Assembly (NCBI GenBank): GCA_036505095.1
Contig: DASXUA010000009.1
Coordinates: 1 to 39,798 of the forward strand
Length of the DNA stretch: 39,798 bases
Origin: Phycisphaerae bacterium
GTDB lineage: Bacteria; Planctomycetota; Phycisphaerae; UBA1845
Direction: 5' to 3'
The position numbers and the translations under genes were made by a program. The notes beneath the pieces were generated by a model. That model ran no database searches. It worked only from the letters and a program-made list of their open reading frames with translations, and had not been told where the DNA came from. Shown piece by piece: positions 17,673 to 25,922 of the stretch; the stretch's first letter is position 1, and each line of letters begins with the position of its first letter.

Positions 17673-18371
17673 ATGAGACTTCCTGCTCGCGGTTTGTTCG
17701 TCGTTTCGATGCTCTCGGGTGCCGTGCTGGCTGGTTGCGGCAGCACGGGCAATGGTCCGACACCCGGAATCCTGGACCGGCTGAGCACGCTCAGCGATAC
17801 CGACGGCAACGGCTTCGTCGAGGTGCCGGCCACCGCGGGGGTCGACACCAGCCGGGAAGTGGCCGTCGCTATCGAGAACGATATTACGCGTACCGAGGCG
17901 ATCAGCTTGGCTCAGACGAGCGTGCCGAACTTCGTGGCGGATTCCATCAGCTTATCAGCTACGGTCCTGGTCAAAATGACCTATGCGGATGGAAAAGAAC
18001 AACAGCTTCGCGGCTCGCGGAACATCGGCCCCTTCGATCTAGGCTTCGAGGTAGCTTGTCCGGACCGCGTCGAGGTCAATGTGAACGTGACCGCGGATAT
18101 CCCGGTCGTCGGCCGGACGAGTGTTCAGACCTTCGGCCCGTTCGTGTTCAGCAAGGGCACGAATACCGGTCAGTTCCAATGCGATACCGTCATTCACGTG
18201 CGCTCGTTCGTGGATGCCAGCGGACAGCCGAAGGCCACCGCGATGGTCGAGGCCATGCCGGGCAGCGACGGCAGCACGGGGACCGTAACCGGTGGCGATG
18301 GGACCGGGACCGGTTCAGTTGATGGCAGCGGCTCCACCACCGTCGGTACGGCGGGTACGGATCGGCGCTAA
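17673..18371 (+). CDS. Hypothetical lipoprotein
   Basis: Lipobox signal MRLPARGLFVVSMLSGAVLAGC and a Gly/Thr-rich C-terminal tail. No recognisable catalytic motif. Confidence 0.6.
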   Translation: MRLPARGLFVVSMLSGAVLAGCGSTGNGPTPGILDRLSTLSDTDGNGFVEVPATAGVDTSREVAVAIENDITRTEAISLAQTSVPNFVADSISLSATVLVKMTYADGKEQQLRGSRNIGPFDLGFEVACPDRVEVNVNVTADIPVVGRTSVQTFGPFVFSKGTNTGQFQCDTVIHVRSFVDASGQPKATAMVEAMPGSDGSTGTVTGGDGTGTGSVDGSGSTTVGTAGTDRR

Positions 18372-18624
18372 TCGGCCTGATCGCCGAGGCAATCCTCCAT
18401 CACCCCTACGCCAGGGGTGCGCGGCGGCCGCGACTTTTAGCCGCGCGCCCGAATCACCCTCACCGATCCCGGAAGAGTTGCTTGCACTGCATCGTTAGTG
18501 GCGCAGCGTCCGCGCGCGGCGCATTTGCATCTCAACGCTTTTTCGGCGATACTCGCGGGCGTCCAAACCAGGTTCATAGGAGGAGAAGTCCGCGTCCATT
18601 TCACAGCGCGCGGGAGAACGAAGC

Positions 18625-19944
18625 ATGAACGCTCAGCGCTTGATGGTTCTCGGGTTCGGGACGGCCGCCATGTTGGTGGGAAGCGCGCCGTCGCGGGCGA
18701 CGTGGTCGATTGTGCTGGTCGACTCGCAAACGAAAGAGGTGGCGATCGCCTCCGTCACCTGCCTGAACAATTTCGATCTGCTGGCGCTGACTCCGGTGAC
18801 GCTGGTCGGGATCGGGGCTGGCGTCGTCCAGGCGGCGGGCGACTTTGACGGCATCCGACGGCCGATCATTCACGACCAACTCTTGATGGGCACACCGCCG
18901 GCGCAGATTTTGACCATTCTGGCACAAGTGCCCGGGCACCAGCAGCGCCAATATGGGATTGTGAATGCGGTCGGGCAGGCGGTGACGTTCACCGGCACCC
19001 AGAACGGACAGTGGGCCGGCGGAGTGACGGGCAATATCGGGACGCTCTATTACGCCGTTCAGGGCAACGTATTGGCCGGCGGCTGCGTCGTGTCGGCCGC
19101 CGTCAGCGCGCTGCAGAACACGAGTGGCGACGTGCCGGCGAAGCTGATGGCCGGGATGCAGGCGGCCCGCATGGCCGGCGGCGATGGACGCTGCTCGTGC
19201 TCCCCGAATAACCCTGCCGGATGCGGCTGTCCGCCGCCGGCCTTCGTGAAGTCTGGACACATCGGATACATGGTGACGGCGCGCATCGGGGATACCGATG
19301 ACCCGATCTGCAATGTGAACGGCTGCTCCGACGGCTTGTATTTCATGAAGTTCGACGTGGCCTTCCAGCCGAGCAGCGCGCCCGATCCCGTGGTGCAGCT
19401 CCAGAACCTGTTCGATGCGTGGCGCGCAAATCTGGTCGGAAGGCCGGATGCGATTCAATCGACCGCGGTGTTCGATGTGGCGAGCCTGCCGCCGAATGGC
19501 ACGGCGACCGCGAACTTGACCGTTGTCTTGCGCGACTGGCAAGGGCTACCGATCAGCGTGCCGATTCAGAGCGTTGCCTACGGACACGGCCCCGGGACGG
19601 CCGGCAGCTCGACGATTGGACCATTGGTCGACCTGGGTGGCGGCATGTATAGCATCACCATCACGGCCGGAACGATCATCGGCACCGACCATTTCCGTAT
19701 CACCGTGAATGATGGCATTCGACCGGTGACGCTGATGCCCGATCCGATCCTGAATATCCGCTTCGGTGATTTCGGCGGCGACGGCGACGTCGATCTGACG
19801 GAGTACGCGACCTTCGCCGCCTGCCTGAGTGGTCCGACCGCGACCGTGAGCGACGATTGTTCGGCGGCCGATCTGGACGGGGATGCGGATGCGGATCTGA
19901 AAGAGTGCGCGGCGTTTGGCGTTAGTTTCACCGGCGCGCCGTAA
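18625..19944 (+). CDS. Secreted protein with DUF1028-like (Ntn-hydrolase-like) N-terminal domain, Ig-like middle region and dockerin/EF-hand-like C-terminus
   Basis: Signal peptide ends ...APSRA. It is followed by TWSIVLVDSQTKEVAIASVTC, which resembles the DUF1028 N-terminal T-[FW]-S-I-V motif (recalled from memory). The C-terminus reads GDFGGDGDVDLTEY...ADLDGDADADLKE. Confidence 0.6.
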   Translation: MNAQRLMVLGFGTAAMLVGSAPSRATWSIVLVDSQTKEVAIASVTCLNNFDLLALTPVTLVGIGAGVVQAAGDFDGIRRPIIHDQLLMGTPPAQILTILAQVPGHQQRQYGIVNAVGQAVTFTGTQNGQWAGGVTGNIGTLYYAVQGNVLAGGCVVSAAVSALQNTSGDVPAKLMAGMQAARMAGGDGRCSCSPNNPAGCGCPPPAFVKSGHIGYMVTARIGDTDDPICNVNGCSDGLYFMKFDVAFQPSSAPDPVVQLQNLFDAWRANLVGRPDAIQSTAVFDVASLPPNGTATANLTVVLRDWQGLPISVPIQSVAYGHGPGTAGSSTIGPLVDLGGGMYSITITAGTIIGTDHFRITVNDGIRPVTLMPDPILNIRFGDFGGDGDVDLTEYATFAACLSGPTATVSDDCSAADLDGDADADLKECAAFGVSFTGAP

Positions 19945-19948
19945 GGCG

Positions 19949-19986
19949 CATGATTGATTTGACAACTGCGAATCATGTGCTATGTT
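19949..19986 (+). promoter_or_regulatory. Sigma70-like promoter with flanking 7-bp inverted repeat
   Basis: -35 TTGACA at 19959-19964, a 16-nt spacer, and an extended -10 TGcTATGTT at 19978-19986. This is the most AT-rich patch of the window. CATGATT (19949-55) and AATCATG (19971-77) bracket the -35. Confidence 0.5.
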
Positions 19987-19995
19987 ATAGATGTG

Positions 19996-20073
19996 ATGAA
20001 TTGTTCGAGCTCATGCAGTAGTTCCGCCAGCGGCCCAGAGGGTCGAACGGAGATACTGCGCGGCGCGCGTTAA
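19996..20073 (+). other. Candidate leader mini-ORF (25 codons): MNCSSSCSSSASGPEGRTEILRGAR
   Basis: The ATG lies about 10 nt after the -10 hexamer and has no Shine-Dalgarno sequence. Seven Ser codons (TCG AGC TCA AGT AGT TCC AGC) and two Cys codons fall within the first 12 codons. Translation is unproven; the transcript could instead be a non-coding RNA. Confidence 0.25.
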
Positions 20074-20101
20074 GTACGAAGTTAACAGCCGAGCAGATTA
20101 G

Positions 20102-20136
20102 AGCCGGTCGATCCGCGCGGGTCGGCCGGTTTTTTT
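20102..20136 (+). terminator. Rho-independent terminator
   Basis: 11-bp GC-rich stem (20104-20114 ccggtcgatcc paired with 20119-20129 gggtcggccgg, including 2 G-U pairs), GCGC tetraloop, then seven T residues (20130-20136). Confidence 0.8.
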
Positions 20137-20191
20137 GTTGCGCCGGGAAGACAACGAGCAGCGTGGCTCGTGCGGATGGCCTGCGCGCTGC

Positions 20192-20276
20192 GGAGGGTGT
20201 TGTCGCTGTGGAGCGACCGCCGTCTCGAAAACGGATCGAGGCCATTGCGCCTGGGGTTCAACTCCTCCGCCCTCCG
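20192..20276 (+). tRNA. tRNA-Ser (anticodon CGA), non-canonical Sec/allo-tRNA-like cloverleaf
   Basis: 85 nt: GGAGGGTG-TT-GTCGCT-GTGG-AGCGAC-C-GCCGT-CTCGAAA-ACGGA-(17-nt variable arm)-GGGG-TTCAACT-CCTC-CGCCCTCC-G. Eight contiguous acceptor pairs, G at position 8, 6-bp D-stem with 4-nt loop, 4-bp T-stem, discriminator G. Anticodon CGA at 20226-20228. Confidence 0.8.
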
Positions 20277-20318
20277 AATGCCCGCGGGTTTGAACGTGCG
20301 GTCTGGCCCGGTAACTGA

Positions 20319-20403
20319 GGAAGCCGAAGTGGGTGTGGACCCACCACCGCCTGCTAAGCGGTCGGCGCATGCGTGGCGCGCGGTTCGACTCCGCCGGCTT
20401 CCG
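20319..20403 (+). tRNA. tRNA-Ser (anticodon GCU), non-canonical Sec/allo-tRNA-like cloverleaf
   Basis: 85 nt: GGAAGCCG-AA-GTGGGT-GTGG-ACCCAC-C-ACCGC-CTGCTAA-GCGGT-(17-nt variable arm)-GCGG-TTCGACT-CCGC-CGGCTTCC-G. The architecture matches the upstream tRNA, and the D-stem changes are compensatory relative to it. Anticodon GCT at 20353-20355. Confidence 0.8.
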
Positions 20404-20493
20404 TGCGGTGCAGATGCTATTTGGCCCAAGCCTCTGTGCGTGTAGAATGCTCCCGCCCAATAGGAGTTTCGACAGGTCGGGCGGAGGCGCAAT

Positions 20494-20979
20494 GTGCGGG
20501 TTCTGAGCGAATTATCCGAGCAAGGCCCCGAGCGACCCATTCGCGTACCGGTCTCCCAAGAGAATCCAGACGGGATCTGGGTGACCGGCGTTGCCGAGAT
20601 CCTGACGGCGCACATGGAAGAGACCCGCGTCGCCGGACTGGGAATAGCCCGGATTTCACGACTCGATGGAGTATCGACTTGGTTGCCCGAGGGCGACGAA
20701 GTCTACTTCAGAACCGCTCCCGACGAACACACACTCGAGGCTGTGCGCAAGCCAGAACCGGCCGACTACCAGCACTTTCGGCTGCCCGTCTGGATTCAAG
20801 ATCCCGAGATTCCAAGTTGCTGTGAGCGCCCGATGATGTTCGTTGGCCAACTTGATGATAACTTACTCTGCAATCAATGGCCACCGGACGCACGACTCTG
20901 GTGGCACGATGCGAACAGTTTTTATGTGTTCACCTGTCCGCAATGCTTGGGCGTGAAAGCAGTTGGCCAGCAGTTCTGA
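20494..20979 (+). CDS. Hypothetical protein with Cys-rich C-terminal module (CCERPMMFVGQLD...FTCPQC)
   Basis: GGAGG lies 6 nt before the GTG at 20494. A possible promoter is TTGGCC-N16-TAGAAT at 20421-20448. The C-terminal half loosely resembles the DUF1963/YwqG-type pattern (weak, from memory). Confidence 0.5.
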   Translation: MRVLSELSEQGPERPIRVPVSQENPDGIWVTGVAEILTAHMEETRVAGLGIARISRLDGVSTWLPEGDEVYFRTAPDEHTLEAVRKPEPADYQHFRLPVWIQDPEIPSCCERPMMFVGQLDDNLLCNQWPPDARLWWHDANSFYVFTCPQCLGVKAVGQQF

Positions 20980-21016
20980 GGCTCTCGGATTAATTCGCAT
21001 TTGCCCACGCCATCTA

Positions 21017-22627
<1,611 letters not shown>

Positions 22628-22770
22628 GCATCAGTGCTCCGGACCGACGGCATTGTAACAGCATGGGTCCATCATCGAAACACCCGACCAGGAATGATTG
22701 GCATTGGACTTCGCTTCGAACGCAACCAAGGCCCTGCCATCGCTCGACATGCCGGTGCCCGCGCACAGAC

Positions 22771-22798
22771 TTGCAAGGCGCAGTTCGGCCGTGATAAT
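22771..22798 (+). promoter_or_regulatory. Candidate promoter of the methyltransferase gene
   Basis: TTGCAA (22771-76), a 16-nt spacer, then GATAAT (22793-98), 37 nt upstream of the ATG. Confidence 0.35.
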
Positions 22799-22834
22799 GC
22801 CCGCGTGGCGCGGTGCAGTCGGCACGGAGGCAAC

Positions 22835-23776
22835 ATGACGTACGCGATCAATGAAGTGCATCAGGTCGATTGCCTGGTCGGCCTGCGCGGGCTGGAACCG
22901 GGAAGCGTCGATCTGGCCTTTGCCGATCCGCCTTTCAATATCGGCTATGACTACGACGTTTACGACGATCGGCGCGCGGCGGATGCGTATCTCGACTGGA
23001 GTCGCCAGTGGATGCAGGCCGTGTCGGAAGTGCTCACGCCGACGGGCACGTTCTGGCTGGCGATCGGCGATGAATACGCGGCCGAACTGAAGCTCATCGC
23101 GCAGAAAGAACTGGGCTTCACCTGCCGGAGTTGGGTCGTCTGGTATTATACCTTCGGCGTGCATTGCAAGAAAAAATTCGCCCGCAGCCATGCGCATCTG
23201 TTCCATTTGGTGAAGGATGGGAAACACTTCACATTCAACGACAAGGAAGCTCGCGTGCCCTCGGCGCGACAGCTCGTCTATGCTGACCGGCGAGCGGTGC
23301 CCGAGGGGCGTCTGCCCGACGACACCTGGATCCTGCGCCCGCAAGACCTGCCCGAGGGGTTGAAGCCCGACGAAGACACCTGGTATTTCCCGCGCGTCTG
23401 CGGCACGTTCAAGGAGCGCGCCGGCTGGCACGGCTGCCAGATGCCGGAGCAGCTTCTGGGCCGCATCATCCGCGTGTGTTCCAACGAAGACGAATTGATC
23501 CTCGACCCGTTCGGCGGCAGTGGGACGACCCTGGCCGTGGCGAAGAAGCTCAAGCGACGCTGGGTCGGATTCGAACTTTCCGAGCAATACGCACAGCGCA
23601 TCCGTAAGCGCCTGGACGCGATCAATCCCGGCGATCCGCTGGACGGCACCGAAAATCCGCTGACCAGCGTGCCGGCGACGGCCGATGCTCCGCGGCAGAA
23701 CGGCACTTTGCAACGCAGAGCAGGGCGCGCCGCCGGAGTCGAGGCGAAGGACGGCTCACTGTTCTCCGAAATCTAA
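22835..23776 (+). CDS. Site-specific DNA methyltransferase, beta class (N6-adenine or N4-cytosine)
   Basis: GGAGG lies 4 nt before the ATG at 22835. Motif IV ([15 protein letters not shown]) precedes motif I ([14 protein letters not shown]), the permuted beta-class order. The longer ORF starting at 21677 is an antisense artefact over the mutase gene. Confidence 0.85.
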   Translation: MTYAINEVHQVDCLVGLRGLEPGSVDLAFADPPFNIGYDYDVYDDRRAADAYLDWSRQWMQAVSEVLTPTGTFWLAIGDEYAAELKLIAQKELGFTCRSWVVWYYTFGVHCKKKFARSHAHLFHLVKDGKHFTFNDKEARVPSARQLVYADRRAVPEGRLPDDTWILRPQDLPEGLKPDEDTWYFPRVCGTFKERAGWHGCQMPEQLLGRIIRVCSNEDELILDPFGGSGTTLAVAKKLKRRWVGFELSEQYAQRIRKRLDAINPGDPLDGTENPLTSVPATADAPRQNGTLQRRAGRAAGVEAKDGSLFSEI

Positions 23777-23821
23777 GCTGCGTCAGTGCCGGGGCCTGCG
23801 CTGGCGGGCTATCATGTCGGC

Positions 23822-25918
23822 ATGCGGAAACGGCACGCTGAGACGAAGCCTGCCTCGCGCGCCGGCCCGTCGTCGGGCTCGGCCGAAGCTCGCGTGGCCT
23901 GGCGACTCGGTTGGTTCGGGCGGCTGATTCCGCTGGTGGCGCTGGCAACGTTTCTGCCCTCCTTACGAAACGGATTCACGGGCTGGGATGACTCTCCCTA
24001 CATCGTCAGCAACCCCCACATGACAACCCCGGGCGGGTTGCGGCGGATCTGGACCACGCCTGAGTCCGAGCAGTATTACCCGCTGACGTTCACGAGCTAC
24101 TGGTTGGAATATCGGCTCTGGGGCACGAATGCGCTGGGCTATCACGCGACCAACACGGTGCTGCACGCTATCAACGCACTCCTGGTGCTGCTGTGGCTGC
24201 GAGCCATGCGCGCGCCGCGCTGGGCGGCACTTACCGTCGGCCTGCTCTTTGCGGTGCATCCCGTTCAGACCATGACGGTGGCGTGGATCGCGGAGCGCAA
24301 GAATCTGCTCTCGTGCATGTTCGTGCTCGTGAGCCTGCTCAGTTGGCTGCGTTTTCGCCGTGGCGGTGAACGCTGGTACGCCGCAGCGTTGATAGCCTTC
24401 GCGGCTGCGCTATTGTCGAAGTCGGCCGTACTGACGCTGCCGCTCGCGCTGGTCGCACTCGATCGCCTCGTGCTGCGCACATCGTGGCGCTCAAGTCTGC
24501 TGCGCATCCTGCCTATGCTGGCGCTGAGCGTGATCTCGACGCTCGTGACGGTCTTCTTCGAGCAGAAATTTCTCATGCATCCGCCGCAGCCGGGCGTACG
24601 CCCGCTCATCGCGGCGGCGGCGATTTGGTTCTATGCATTCAAGCTACTGATTCCGGCCGGGCTCTTGCCGATCTACCAACTCTGGCAGCCGTCGGTCCGC
24701 TCTGTGTTGTGGTGGCTTCCACTGCTGGGACTGTTGGCCGGCGCGCTCGTTCTGTGGCGCGCGCGCCGGCGGCTGGACGCGCTCGTCGCTTACGGCCTGA
24801 TTCACTTCGTCGTGTTTCTGCTGCCGACTCTGGGACTGGTCCCCTTCGGCAATCTGGCGGTGACCTATGTTTCGGATCACTATCTGTACATCGCGTGCAT
24901 CGGGTTCTTTCTGGCCGTCGTGACGGCTTTCGGCCGAACACGAATTGTGGCTCGTGCGCCGCGGGCTGCTATCGCACTCGCGACCGGCCTAGCGATCGTC
25001 GCGTACATCGTGGTCACTGAAATCTACATCCCGGTCTTCAAAGATCCGCCGGCGATGTGGGAACGTACGCTGACCGGAAATCCCGAGTGTTTTCCCGCCC
25101 AAGCCGGCCTGGGCCGCTACTACGCCCAGCGGCAGGACTGGCAACCGGCGCTGGACCATTTCCGCCGCGCGCTGGCCATCCTGCCGGATCAGTGGGACAT
25201 CGCGATCGATCTGGGGAGCACGTATCTGCGGGCCAACAACATCGAGGCCGCCGAGGAAATCTTTCAGCGTGTGGCCGACGCGCAACCCGGATTGGCGGTT
25301 CCGCTCTTCAATCTGGCGCTGATTGCCGAGCGCACGGGTCGCCCCGAGTACGCCATGCAGCTTTACGAGAAAGGCTTGGCCATCGATCCGCACGATGCGC
25401 GCGCGCACGTCGCACTGGCCGGCATGCAGCTCGGATATCTGCGGCGGGCCGAAGCGGCCCAGCATTTTCGCAAAGCCATCGAGCTGCGCCCGACGGAAGC
25501 CCGCGCTTATTTGGGCCTGGCGACTTGCCAGCGCGGGCAGGGCGCATTCACGGACGCCCTCACAACGCTGCAGCGCGGGCTCAACAACTGCGGCGAGGAT
25601 GTCGCCCTGCTCAACATGCTGGCGCGCATTATGGCGACCGCCCCGGATGATGCTGTGCGCAACGGCGCCATGGCGATGGCGATCGCGCGCCGCGCGGCGC
25701 AGCTCACCCAGGAACAGAATCCCGAAGTGCTCGACACGCTGGCGGCCACGTACGCCGAAGCCGGTGATTTCCGGATGGCGGTTCAGACTGCGCAGACCGC
25801 CGCCCAATTGGCCGAATCCTCCGGCAACACGAGCGCGCTCCGCCGCATCCTCGATAGCCTGGAACTCTACCAGCGCCGCGAACCGCTGCGTGAGACGACC
25901 ATGCAGGAGCGTCGCTGA
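23822..25918 (+). CDS. Polytopic membrane protein with C-terminal TPR domain (TMTC/PMT_2-like putative GT-C glycosyltransferase)
   Basis: N-terminal FTGWDDSPYI...YYPLTFTSYW followed by about 10 TM helices. The C-terminal ~270 aa consist of TPR units (e.g. AGLGRYYAQRQDWQPALDHFRRALAILPD). The start was chosen at the ATG at 23822; a GTG at 23786 is also possible. Confidence 0.7.
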   Translation: MRKRHAETKPASRAGPSSGSAEARVAWRLGWFGRLIPLVALATFLPSLRNGFTGWDDSPYIVSNPHMTTPGGLRRIWTTPESEQYYPLTFTSYWLEYRLWGTNALGYHATNTVLHAINALLVLLWLRAMRAPRWAALTVGLLFAVHPVQTMTVAWIAERKNLLSCMFVLVSLLSWLRFRRGGERWYAAALIAFAAALLSKSAVLTLPLALVALDRLVLRTSWRSSLLRILPMLALSVISTLVTVFFEQKFLMHPPQPGVRPLIAAAAIWFYAFKLLIPAGLLPIYQLWQPSVRSVLWWLPLLGLLAGALVLWRARRRLDALVAYGLIHFVVFLLPTLGLVPFGNLAVTYVSDHYLYIACIGFFLAVVTAFGRTRIVARAPRAAIALATGLAIVAYIVVTEIYIPVFKDPPAMWERTLTGNPECFPAQAGLGRYYAQRQDWQPALDHFRRALAILPDQWDIAIDLGSTYLRANNIEAAEEIFQRVADAQPGLAVPLFNLALIAERTGRPEYAMQLYEKGLAIDPHDARAHVALAGMQLGYLRRAEAAQHFRKAIELRPTEARAYLGLATCQRGQGAFTDALTTLQRGLNNCGEDVALLNMLARIMATAPDDAVRNGAMAMAIARRAAQLTQEQNPEVLDTLAATYAEAGDFRMAVQTAQTAAQLAESSGNTSALRRILDSLELYQRREPLRETTMQERR

Positions 25919-25922
25919 TCTA

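Noticed and set aside
20190-20410. Two GGTTCRACTCC T-arm-like motifs close together, after a promoter/terminator unit, initially suggested a two-piece (permuted) tmRNA.
   Set aside because: Each T-arm is part of a complete 85-nt cloverleaf with its own acceptor stem and a Ser anticodon. No tag reading frame ending in ...AA-stop and no pseudoknot series were found. The piece order would also be wrong for a permuted ssrA gene.
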